NCBI GenBank assembly: GCA_963733295.1
Contig: CAVTCS010000003.1
Coordinates: 2,240,001 to 2,304,000 of the forward strand
Source: Vulcanimicrobiota bacterium
GTDB taxonomy: Bacteria > Vulcanimicrobiota > Vulcanimicrobiia > Vulcanimicrobiales > Vulcanimicrobiaceae
Direction of reading: 5' to 3'
DNA: 64,000 bases
In this document: positions 1 through 8,390 of the stretch, piece after piece
Position numbering within the stretch: position 1 is the stretch's first letter
Layout: the number at the start of each line of letters is the position of its first letter
Notes under the pieces: generated by a model
Told to the model about the DNA's origin: nothing
The model's database searches: none
What the model saw: the letters and a program-made list of their open reading frames with translations, nothing else
Made by a program: the position numbers and the translations under genes

Positions 1-505
1 TCGTCGGCAGGAGCGTACCGGGCGCACTCGTCGTAAGCAGCACGACGACGCCAGGCGGCGGTTCCTCGAAAAATTTGAGCAGCGCGTTCGCCGCTTCGTG
101 CGTCGCAAACTCGACGTCGCCGAGGACCACGATGCGCCGGGCGTTCCGGTAACCGTGAAGCGACAGCTCGCGCACGAGATCGCGCGCCGTCAGGTCTTCG
201 TCGTGCAGCGCGCTTCCCACGTCCTTGCCGATCTTGATCGAGCCCTCGTGGAAGAGAAAATCCGGATGCGTTCCCGCGCCGAAGAGCGCGCAGCCCACGC
301 AGTGGCCGCAGTAGCCGAGAACCGTCGACTTCGGCGTCTCGCAGAGCAACGATTGAGCCAGCCGCCTCGCGAAGGTTTTCTTCCCGATGCCCGCCGGTCC
401 GGTGAAGAGATAGCCGTGCGAAAGGCGCCCCGGTTCGAGCGTCGCGAAATAGGTCAGTGCCCCGCGCGCGCCGACGACGTCGAAATTCCCCTCCACTCCG
501 ATCAT
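1..505 (-). CDS. holB: DNA polymerase III delta-prime subunit, 3' end outside window
   Basis: Manual translation: MIGVEGNFDVVG...HGYLFTGPAGIGKKTFA, Cys cluster, ...EAANALLKFFEEPPPGVVVLL. ATG at 505 overlaps the tmk stop (ATGA). Classic tmk-holB order. Not in the ORF track. Confidence 0.9.
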   Translation of the reverse strand, partial: MIGVEGNFDVVGARGALTYFATLEPGRLSHGYLFTGPAGIGKKTFARRLAQSLLCETPKSTVLGYCGHCVGCALFGAGTHPDFLFHEGSIKIGKDVGSALHDEDLTARDLVRELSLHGYRNARRIVVLGDVEFATHEAANALLKFFEEPPPGVVVLLTTSAPGTLLPT

Positions 506-1119
506 CGCGCAGTCTCGATGCTCTTCCAAGCGGCGCGCTCGAGCTCGGCCGGCGACAGCCTGCCGTCGAGAATCTCGATGCGCGGGTCCTCGCTTGCCAG
601 CGCTAGATAACCTTCGCGCACGCGCTCGTGAAAGGCGTCGTCTTCGCGTTCGAGCCGGTCCGTCGAAAGTCCCGAGGCCGCGGCCCGCGCCGCCACGCGA
701 CTACGGGAAAGCGCGACCGGAATGTCGATAAGCAGCACGCGATCCGGCTCGACCCCGCGCGTCGCGATCGCGCCGAGGGCGCGCAGCAACGCGAGATCCA
801 AGTCGCGACCGAAGCCCTGATACGCGAGCGTCGCCGTGGCGTAGCGATCGCAGAGCACCCAGGAGCCGGCTCGCAGCGCCGGCACGATGACTTCGGCGAC
901 GAGTTGCGCGCGCGAAGCGTTCAACGCGAATGCTTCGGCCAGCGGATCGACTCGCGCCCCGGGCGTCACGAACGCGTCGCGCATCCGGTCGCCGAACGCG
1001 GTTCCGCCGGGCTCGCGCGTGACGACGAGCGAGTGACCTGCCGACCGGACCCGGTCCGCCAACAGGGCAAGCAGCGTCGTTTTGCCGCTCCCCTCGATCC
1101 CTTCAACGCTGACGAACAG
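502..1119 (-). CDS. tmk: Thymidylate kinase, probable CTG start
   Basis: TREPGGT, LCDRY and YQG motifs. The P-loop (L/M)FVSVEGIEGSGKTT lies upstream of the ORF-track start, beginning at CTG 1119, directly after an in-frame TAA. Confidence 0.93.
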   Translation of the reverse strand: MFVSVEGIEGSGKTTLLALLADRVRSAGHSLVVTREPGGTAFGDRMRDAFVTPGARVDPLAEAFALNASRAQLVAEVIVPALRAGSWVLCDRYATATLAYQGFGRDLDLALLRALGAIATRGVEPDRVLLIDIPVALSRSRVAARAAASGLSTDRLEREDDAFHERVREGYLALASEDPRIEILDGRLSPAELERAAWKSIETAR

Positions 1120-1142
1120 TTAGAATTCCACGACGCGAGACA

Positions 1143-2738
1143 CTAAGCCGAGGCTCCCGTTCCGTACGGCAAGTCGGGTGCGCGATAGAGCAAGACGCGG
1201 CGATTCGGCTCCAGTCCGGTGCTGCGCGATTGAACCCGGTGCTGCTCCGCCATCTGATGCTGCAAGCGGCGAACGTACGAGGTTTGGGGTGAGAGTTCGA
1301 TCGGTTTGTTCTCGAGCAACACCTTGTAGATCGCCTCGCCGGCCTCGCGCAGCGCGATCTCCTCGGTATCGAGCGTCGGCAGGTTAAAGATGTCCTTGAG
1401 CGCAGCCATGATCTGCGCCGTCGTGTTCGTCTTGATCGAAAAGATCGGAACGTTCTCGGCCGCGATCGAGCGCAGCTTCTCCGACTCCTTGCGTTCGAGC
1501 GACTTGAGCGTCAAGACGACGTCCGCGTCGTCCCATTTGCGCGCGATCGAGGCGCCGACCCGCAGGTTCTGGATCGCACGCTCGATCTTGTTGCGCGAGA
1601 CGCCGTAGGGAAAGATCAGTTTGAGCGGGTCGCGCTCGATCTCGTCGAGTTCACCGTCGCGTCCGAGAACGGCGTCGAACTCGGACTCGAGCGCGCCGGC
1701 GCGTTTGCCGAGAATCGGGGGCGCCGCCTCTTGCACGACGGCGACGCTTCCGCCAGGCAGCCGCTGCCGCACCTCGGCCTGCGGCGCGTAACCGCGCAAC
1801 AGCGAGTCGACGGTATCCGAGACGTTTTGGTAGATCGAGAGTCTATTGCGGTCGTTGATCTCGATGAGGACGTCGAAGGTCGGCGGCGCCCTGCGCTCGA
1901 GCACGGTCTTGCGCGTTCCGCGGCGGCGCGCTTCCTCGTCCGAGAGCGTGACCGAGGTGATCCCGCCGACCAAGTCGGAGAGCGTTGGGTTCATCAAAAT
2001 GTTCTCGAGCGTTTTACCGTGCGCGGTTCCGATCAGCTGTACCCCACGCTCGGCGATCGTACGCGCCGCGAGCGCCTCGGCTTCGGTCCCGATCTCGTCG
2101 ATGACGACGACTTCGGGCATGTGGTTTTCGACCGCCTCGACCATCACGTGATGTTGCAGTGAGGGATCGGGGACTTGCATGCGCCGCGCGTGCCCGATGC
2201 CGAGGTGCGGGATGTCGCCGTCGCCTGCGATTTCGTTCGAAGTGTCGACGATCACGACGCGCTTGCGATCTTCGGCGATGACGCGCGCGCACTCGCGCAG
2301 CATCGTCGTCTTTCCGACGCCCGGCGGACCCAGCAAGCAGATCGATTTACCGCTGCGCACGACGTCGAGGATGATGTCGATCGTACCGTACACCGCGCGC
2401 CCGACGCGACAGGTCAACCCGACGATCTTGCCGGTTCGATTGCGAATCGCCGAAATGCGATGCAAGGTCTGCTCGATTCCGGCGCGATTGTCCGCACCGA
2501 AATCGGAGAGCCGCAAACTCACGTGAGCGAGATCCTCGTTCGTCACGACGTGATCCGAGAGATACGCGAAGTCGTCGGGAAAACGGGCCTCGGGTGGACG
2601 GCCGAGATCCAATACGACTTCGATCAGCGCTTCGAGGTTCGGGAGGCGTACGAGCGCTTGCCGGATCGGGAGCGGGAAGATGTCGAGGAGTTGGGTGAGT
2701 TCCCAGTGCGGAGAGACGGACTCGGCGTTAAGAGCCAA
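1143..2738 (-). CDS. Ycf45/SpoIIIAA-like AAA ATPase with C-terminal R3H domain
   Basis: VLDLGRPPEARF, GPPGVGKTT, VDTSNEIAGDGD, VIDEIG; C-terminal RRLQHQMAE (R3H). Confidence 0.85.
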   Translation of the reverse strand: MALNAESVSPHWELTQLLDIFPLPIRQALVRLPNLEALIEVVLDLGRPPEARFPDDFAYLSDHVVTNEDLAHVSLRLSDFGADNRAGIEQTLHRISAIRNRTGKIVGLTCRVGRAVYGTIDIILDVVRSGKSICLLGPPGVGKTTMLRECARVIAEDRKRVVIVDTSNEIAGDGDIPHLGIGHARRMQVPDPSLQHHVMVEAVENHMPEVVVIDEIGTEAEALAARTIAERGVQLIGTAHGKTLENILMNPTLSDLVGGITSVTLSDEEARRRGTRKTVLERRAPPTFDVLIEINDRNRLSIYQNVSDTVDSLLRGYAPQAEVRQRLPGGSVAVVQEAAPPILGKRAGALESEFDAVLGRDGELDEIERDPLKLIFPYGVSRNKIERAIQNLRVGASIARKWDDADVVLTLKSLERKESEKLRSIAAENVPIFSIKTNTTAQIMAALKDIFNLPTLDTEEIALREAGEAIYKVLLENKPIELSPQTSYVRRLQHQMAEQHRVQSRSTGLEPNRRVLLYRAPDLPYGTGASA

Positions 2739-2861
2739 TGCGCACCCTCGTTACGGAATCGGGCAGCGCCGGAAAACTTCCGGCCGTAACCGTTCGTCCG
2801 ATTTTCAGTGATCCGGGGCCGAGGACCTCTGCCGCTCCACCTGCTTTTTGCACGCACATCG

Positions 2862-4385
2862 TCACATTCCAGATACTACCCGAATCGAACGAAGTTCCGA
2901 ATCGTAGGGCCCCTGCATTCGAACGCCGGCTCTCTTTTCGAGGTCCAGGTAGTCGATGATCTCCTGAGTGATTTCCTCGCCCGGCGAGACGACCGGAATC
3001 CCGGGCGGGTAGGGCGTGATGACTTCAGCGCAGATCCTGCCCGCGCTTTGCTTGAACGGTGCCAATTCGGTCTGCGCGAGGAACGCGTCGCGCGGGTTCA
3101 TGCGAATCGGCGGAATCTTCGGCAGGTTGTAGGTTCCGGTTTTGATGCGACGCTCGAGAACGCCCGACGGCGAGAAGACGTCGATGGGGCGATCTTCGCG
3201 CGACAATTCCTTTACGCCGTAGACGAGCCGGTCGGCGGCCTCCTGGGTCGTGCCGATCGTGAAAAGCGCCAGGCAATTGAAAAGGTCGGCCAGTTCAACC
3301 TGGACGTTATAGCGGCGCCGGAGGATTTCTTCGGCCTCGTAACCGGTGTAACCGAGTTCCTTGACGGTGATCGTGATCTTCGTCGGATCGAGATCGAAGA
3401 CGCCGGGACGCCCTTCTTGCTCGCCCCCGAAACAGTAGATCCCGTCGATCGAATTCAAGCGCCGGCGCGTATCGTCGGCGAGTTCGATCGTTCGCGAAAG
3501 CAACGCGCGGCCTTCGGTCGCCATCTGTTTGCGCGCGACGTCGAGCGACGCGATCAGCACGAGGTTCGGCGAGGTCGAAAGGAACAGCTTGACGACCGAC
3601 TTGAGGCGGTCCAATCGAATCCGGCCGCCTTGCTGGTGGAGCATCGCGGTTTGCGAGAGGCTGCCCAGCATCTTGTGCGTCGAGTTGATGCACATGTCGG
3701 CGCCGGCCTCGATCGCGTCGATCGGGAGCGCGGGATGAAAATGGAAGTGCGGCCCCCAAGCCTCGTCGACGAGCAGGGGCACGCCGCGCGCGTGAACGAC
3801 CGCGGCAATACCTTCCAAATCGGCCGCGACGCCGTAGTACGTGGGACTGACGACGTAGACCGCCTTGACGTCGGGGTGCTCGTCGAGCGTCCGGCGGACG
3901 GTCTCCGGCGTGACGGTATGATCCATGTGCAGCGCGTCGTCGACCTCGGGACGCATCCATACAGGATTTGCGCCGCTCATGATCAGACCGCCCATCGCGC
4001 TCTTGTGCGAGTTGCGCGGCAGTGCGATTTTGTCGAGCGGATTCACCGCGGCCATCATCATGATCTGATTGCCGCTGGTCGAACCGTTGATGAGGAAAAA
4101 CGAATGTTCGGCACCGTAGGCGGCTGCCGCAAGCCCCTGCGCCTCTTCGATCGCTTCGCTGGGTTGCAGCAAATCGTCGAGCCCGCGGATCTGCGTGAGA
4201 TCGATCGCGAGGACGTTGTCGCCCAAGAAATCGCGCAGCGCTCGATCCATGCCGCGACCTTGCATGTGTCCGGGCGTGTGAAACGGGATGACGCCGGAGT
4301 CCACGTAGTCTAGGAGCGCGTCGAAATACGGCGTCCGGCTCTGATCCACTGCGCCGCCATTCGGCAGCTTTGCGGCCGCTCCCAC
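2862..4385 (-). CDS. PLP-dependent Arg/Lys/Orn decarboxylase (Bacillus SpeA type)
   Basis: FHTPGH, NGSTSGN, PRNSHKS, VDEAWG, STHKM (PLP Lys), PYPPGIP. Start is GTG 4385 or 4349, not 4574. Confidence 0.88.
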   Translation of the reverse strand: MGAAAKLPNGGAVDQSRTPYFDALLDYVDSGVIPFHTPGHMQGRGMDRALRDFLGDNVLAIDLTQIRGLDDLLQPSEAIEEAQGLAAAAYGAEHSFFLINGSTSGNQIMMMAAVNPLDKIALPRNSHKSAMGGLIMSGANPVWMRPEVDDALHMDHTVTPETVRRTLDEHPDVKAVYVVSPTYYGVAADLEGIAAVVHARGVPLLVDEAWGPHFHFHPALPIDAIEAGADMCINSTHKMLGSLSQTAMLHQQGGRIRLDRLKSVVKLFLSTSPNLVLIASLDVARKQMATEGRALLSRTIELADDTRRRLNSIDGIYCFGGEQEGRPGVFDLDPTKITITVKELGYTGYEAEEILRRRYNVQVELADLFNCLALFTIGTTQEAADRLVYGVKELSREDRPIDVFSPSGVLERRIKTGTYNLPKIPPIRMNPRDAFLAQTELAPFKQSAGRICAEVITPYPPGIPVVSPGEEITQEIIDYLDLEKRAGVRMQGPYDSELRSIRVVSGM

Positions 4386-4466
4386 TATCGAACGTGCGCT
4401 TGCGGGATGCGGCGGCGCCTTGCGGGTATTAGACAGAAGACTTCCAGCTCTCGTAAGGACGGTATC

Positions 4467-5069
4467 ATGGGCACCGGTAACGCTGTGGAGCGGTTCGCTG
4501 CGGCGCCTCGCTCGCCGGCGCGAAACGCGGTCTTCGTTCTCGCGGGCTCCGCGCTTTTGGCGCTCGGAGCTCAAATCTCACTTCCCGTGCCGTTTTCGCC
4601 GGTTCCCATCACCGGGCAAACGCTGGCGCTCCCACTCGTCGTCGCATTGTTGGGCACGCGTAGCGCGACGCTCGCAGCGATCGTCTATCTCGCCGAAGGC
4701 GCTGCGGGACTCCCGGTCTTCGCGCCGACCGGACAGTTTTATCCAGGGTTCGCGGCGTTCTTCGGACCGACCGGCGGCTATCTCGTCGCCTTCCCGCTCG
4801 CCGCGTTCGTTACCGGATGGCTCTTCGACCGAGGTCTCTGGAACGGGTTCGCGTCGCGCGCGCTGGCCATTTTGACGGGCTCGATCCTCGTCTTGGCCGG
4901 AGGCGCCGCGTGGCTGGCGCATTTCACCGGCGCGAACGCGGCCTTCACCCTGGGCGTCGCGCCGTTCGTTCTTGGTGATTTCGTGAAAACGCTCGTGGCC
5001 GCTGCGCTCGCGCCCTGGCTACGAAAGAGCGGCGGTTATTCGAGCCGCTCTTCGATCGACACGTTGTAA
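4467..5069 (+). CDS. bioY: Biotin transporter BioY
   Basis: PFSPVPITGQTL, YLAEGAAGLPVFA, GPTGGYL, PFVLGD; hydrophobic. Confidence 0.9.
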   Translation: MGTGNAVERFAAAPRSPARNAVFVLAGSALLALGAQISLPVPFSPVPITGQTLALPLVVALLGTRSATLAAIVYLAEGAAGLPVFAPTGQFYPGFAAFFGPTGGYLVAFPLAAFVTGWLFDRGLWNGFASRALAILTGSILVLAGGAAWLAHFTGANAAFTLGVAPFVLGDFVKTLVAAALAPWLRKSGGYSSRSSIDTL

Positions 5070-5563
5070 AGAAACAGAAACTTGTGCCACTCGTCAGGCA
5101 GCGTGTTGCGCTTGACGCGGATCCACGGAATGTACTTCGGCGCTTTTGGTTTGCGCCGCATCGTCATGTTGGCGTGCTCCGGCGAGCGGTTGTTCTTCCG
5201 GTTATTGCAGCGCATGCAGGCACAGACGAGATTTTCCCAGGTCGATGGGCCGCCTTTGCTGCGCGGCACGACGTGATCGACCGTCATGAGCCGCTCGCCT
5301 TTGACGCCGCAGTATTGACACGTGTAGTCGTCGCGCAGAAGAATGTTCTTCTTCGTTAGCGCAACTTTCTGGGTAGGCCGCTTGATGTAGTAGAGCATCC
5401 GGATGACGGATGGAAGGCGCATCTCGAAGCTCGGTGAGGCGAGCCGCGTGTCTCGCCCATGCACGACCTCCGCCTTGCCTGAGAAGAGCAGCTTGACGGC
5501 CCGCTGAAAGCTCGTGATGTTCAGCGCTTCGTAGGTGAAGTTGAGCACGAGGACGTCGGTCAC
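5036..5563 (-). CDS. HNH endonuclease (McrA-like, VLVLN N-terminal type)
   Basis: RDDYTCQYCG...TVDHVVPRSKGG..TWENLVCACMRCNNRK. Confidence 0.9.
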   Translation of the reverse strand: MTDVLVLNFTYEALNITSFQRAVKLLFSGKAEVVHGRDTRLASPSFEMRLPSVIRMLYYIKRPTQKVALTKKNILLRDDYTCQYCGVKGERLMTVDHVVPRSKGGPSTWENLVCACMRCNNRKNNRSPEHANMTMRRKPKAPKYIPWIRVKRNTLPDEWHKFLFLYNVSIEERLE

Positions 5564-5593
5564 GCGGCTCTCCCGCTACGTCCGGGAGGAACG

Positions 5594-5622
5594 AAAAAGG
5601 CGAGGTCGGTCGTCCTCGCCTT
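5594..5622 (-). terminator. Intrinsic terminator between the ncRNA and the HNH gene
   Basis: Minus strand AAGGCGAGG-acgaccga-CCTCGCCTT followed by TTT. Confidence 0.75.
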
Positions 5623-5630
5623 CTCGACAT

Positions 5631-5802
5631 CTTCACTCAGGGTCGCAGACTGGTTCCTGGGACCGTGCAGGTCCCACGCTGTTCGAGCGGTTCGCGCCCC
5701 GGTCGAAGCGCCTGTCGTCTTGCGAAGCATTCCGCCTTCAGATACGCCGACGCATGGCGGCTTCCCCGCCGAGCGCCGCCTCGCGCACAAGGTTTTGAGA
5801 GC
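5631..5802 (-). ncRNA. ssrS: Probable 6S RNA
   Basis: About 170 nt between a -10-like TACAGT (5814-5809) and a terminator. Ends pair (CUCA/UGAG; CGCGAGGCGG/CCAGUCUGCG). Segments UGUGCGCGAGGCGG, GGCG...GACGACA, hairpin UGGGACC/GGUCCCA-GG and CAGUCUGCGAC resemble E. coli 6S elements in the same order, compared from memory. No covariance search run. Confidence 0.55.
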
Positions 5803-5894
5803 GGGCACACTGTACCTAGTGCCTGAACGCCGCGGTAGCGTGCGCTCCTGCCTTCGTCATTCAAGACGCTGCATTTCCCTTTTTGGAGTAACAC

Positions 5895-6290
5895 ATGTTC
5901 AAGCGTATCCTGACAGCTATAGGCGCCGGCGCCTTGCTCGCCGCCCTCGCACCGGCCGCGCAAACCCAAGCTCAAGGCGCGAATCCGATCCGCATCTCAC
6001 AATGCTTCATCACGGTTCCCAAGGCGATGAGCAAGAAAGCCAGCGGAACCCAAATCGTGTACGTTAACAAGGGCCCGAAAACGGCCAGCCACGTCACGTT
6101 CGCGGTCAAGTACCGCAACTCCGATACGACGTACGTGCGCAAGGTGATCGACGACGGAACGTTCACGCCGGGGACGACCGTGGACCATCATTTCTCGCTC
6201 TTCAACGACGTGACGTATGGCGGAAAGCAAGCAACCTGCTCGGCGGTTACCGTCATATGGTCCGACGGCACCAGGTGGAACGGGATGTAA
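5895..6290 (+). CDS. Secreted hypothetical protein
   Basis: GGAG RBS, signal peptide (MFKRILTAIGAGALLAALAPAAQ), two Cys, beta-rich. Confidence 0.8.
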   Translation: MFKRILTAIGAGALLAALAPAAQTQAQGANPIRISQCFITVPKAMSKKASGTQIVYVNKGPKTASHVTFAVKYRNSDTTYVRKVIDDGTFTPGTTVDHHFSLFNDVTYGGKQATCSAVTVIWSDGTRWNGM

Positions 6291-6338
6291 ACCTCCCGGC
6301 CTCAGGCGCCGCAGCGCCGCGAATGACGCCTCTCTGGT

Positions 6339-6950
6339 TCAATCCGGCGGGGCGTTTTCTTTCGGCGCGCGGCCGCTCTCTCGCACCATGTCGAGAAAAT
6401 ATTCGTGGACGCGCGAATCGCTCGTCAACTCGGGATGGAACGACGTACCTAAGACGTTCTTCTCGCGAACGAATACGCCGTGACCGCCGTGCTCGGCTAA
6501 GATCTCGACCGCTGGGCCCGCGCGCTCGATCCAGGGCGCGCGGATGAAGATCGCCGGGAACGGTTTGGGGCCGAGGGCGGGAACCGTCAAGGGAACCTCG
6601 CTGGACGCGAGTTGCCGTCCGTAGGCGTTGCGGCGCACGGTGACGTCGATCAGAGCGAGCGTTTCCTGATCGAGGTCGGCGACGTTGCGCGCGGCGACGA
6701 TCAAACCCATGCAGGTGCCCCACAGCGCCATTCCGCTTCGAACGCGCTCGCGAATCGGTACGTCGAGACCGAAACGCTTGAGCAAACGGATCACGGTTGT
6801 CGACTCTCCGCCCGGAATCACGAGGCCCTCGACCTCAGCCAGTTCCACTGCGCTCCGGACGTTGCGCGCATCCGCACCGGCCGCTTGCAAGGCGTGCAGA
6901 TGCTCCTCGACATCGCCCTGCACGCCGAGCACGCCGACGACCGGTTTCAC
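6339..6950 (-). CDS. pdxT: PLP synthase glutaminase subunit
   Basis: GVLGVQGDVEEH, PGGEST, GTCMG, FIRAP, FHPE. Confidence 0.95.
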   Translation of the reverse strand: MKPVVGVLGVQGDVEEHLHALQAAGADARNVRSAVELAEVEGLVIPGGESTTVIRLLKRFGLDVPIRERVRSGMALWGTCMGLIVAARNVADLDQETLALIDVTVRRNAYGRQLASSEVPLTVPALGPKPFPAIFIRAPWIERAGPAVEILAEHGGHGVFVREKNVLGTSFHPELTSDSRVHEYFLDMVRESGRAPKENAPPD

Positions 6951-6965
6951 TCCGGAACCGGCCTA

Positions 6966-7877
6966 TCAGGTACCGCGGACGGCGAGGAGTTCTTCGGGGC
7001 GCAGCGTGCGCAAGTCGAGTCCGGGCATCGCCGAGGAATCCTTGGCGATACGCCGGCAAGCTTCGAGAACGATTTCGGGTTTGTCGAAATGCGTCGTAGC
7101 GTCGACGATCGCGCGCGCGAACGTCTTTGGGTCGTTCGATTTGAAGATGCCGCTGCCGACGAAAACTCCCTCGGCGCCGAGTTGCATCATGAGCGAGGCG
7201 TCGGCCGGAGTCGCGATTCCGCCGGCGCAAAATAAGACGACCGGTAACCGTTTGTCGCGCGCGACTTCGCGCACGAGTTCGAGCGGCGCACCGAGATCGC
7301 GAGCTCGCGCGACCAACTCCTCAGGCGGAACGGCCGAAAGTTCGGCGATTCCGTCGCGAATGGCGCGCATGTGGCGCACCGCTTCGACGATGTTGCCGCT
7401 GCCCGCTTCGCCCTTGCTGCGAATCATCGCCGCACCTTCGGCGATGCGCCGCAGCGCTTCACCGAGATCGCGCGCACCGCAAACGAACGGCACCGCGAAG
7501 GGATGCTTGTCGATGTGATACTTGTCGTCGGCCGGCGTCAAGACTTCCGATTCGTCGATGTAGTCGATGCCGAGTGCGGCCAGCGTCTGAGCCTCGGCGA
7601 AGTGGCCGATGCGCGCCTTTGCCATCACCGGAATCGTCACGGCATCCATGATCTCGGCGACCAAGTTCAGATTGCTCATGCGAGCGACGCCGCCGGCCGC
7701 ACGGATGTCGGCCGGGATCCGCTCGAGCGCCATAACTGCGACCGCGCCCGCTTCCTGCGCGATCAGAGCGTGCTCGGGCGTCACGACGTCCATGATCACG
7801 CCGCCCTTGAGCATCTGGGCCAACCCGCGTTTGACCGCAGGCGTGCCGGTCTGCGCTCCGTTCGGACCCTTTTCCAC
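6966..7877 (-). CDS. pdxS: PLP synthase lyase subunit
   Basis: [31 protein letters not shown]. Confidence 0.97.
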   Translation of the reverse strand: MEKGPNGAQTGTPAVKRGLAQMLKGGVIMDVVTPEHALIAQEAGAVAVMALERIPADIRAAGGVARMSNLNLVAEIMDAVTIPVMAKARIGHFAEAQTLAALGIDYIDESEVLTPADDKYHIDKHPFAVPFVCGARDLGEALRRIAEGAAMIRSKGEAGSGNIVEAVRHMRAIRDGIAELSAVPPEELVARARDLGAPLELVREVARDKRLPVVLFCAGGIATPADASLMMQLGAEGVFVGSGIFKSNDPKTFARAIVDATTHFDKPEIVLEACRRIAKDSSAMPGLDLRTLRPEELLAVRGT

Positions 7878-7946
7878 CCGGTCTCCTTCTCGACGAGCCT
7901 TCGCTAACAGTCTACCAGAGCTATGACCCGGCGCAGCCGCGAAAGG

Positions 7947-8390
7947 TTAAGGAGTGGGTGCGGCCGTTTCGGCGGAGTCGGTCGGCTCCGGGTCGGTCGA
8001 GGTCTCGCCTGGGTAATGGCTGACGATCGGGATCGGCAGCGGCGGCGAAGTGTAGGGCTGTTGCTGGTGCGCGCTCGTCGGACTTGGGGAGGGGCTCGGC
8101 GTAACCCGCCGGGGCGGCGGTGGCGGCGGCGGAGCCGGTGTCACCCGAGGGTCCGGGAACCCGGGGTCGGTCGCGACCGCCATGACCTGCGTGCGCTTCC
8201 AGGCGGTGCCGGCTTGCGCGTCCGTTGCGGTCGCCTCGGGCGCGGGAGTCGAGCTGGCCGCGAATTGGGGAATACGCTCCGCAACCTGCGACACGACCCG
8301 GCTCCCCATGCCGTTCCCGAGCGCCAGCGCGATGAGGAGCGTCGCCGCGCCCATCAGCAAGACCGTCGAAAGGTTTGTCCGGCGGCGCAT
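7947..8390 (-). CDS. Membrane-anchored Pro-rich hypothetical protein
   Basis: ATG at 8390 overlaps the upstream TGA. N-terminal TM segment and PPPP/SPSP low-complexity tail. Confidence 0.7.
   Translation of the reverse strand: MRRRTNLSTVLLMGAATLLIALALGNGMGSRVVSQVAERIPQFAASSTPAPEATATDAQAGTAWKRTQVMAVATDPGFPDPRVTPAPPPPPPPRRVTPSPSPSPTSAHQQQPYTSPPLPIPIVSHYPGETSTDPEPTDSAETAAPTP

Noticed and set aside
5036..5802. IscB/HEARO-type RNA-guided nuclease
   Set aside because: The protein is 175 aa with no PLMP or RuvC motifs, and the RNA looks more like 6S.
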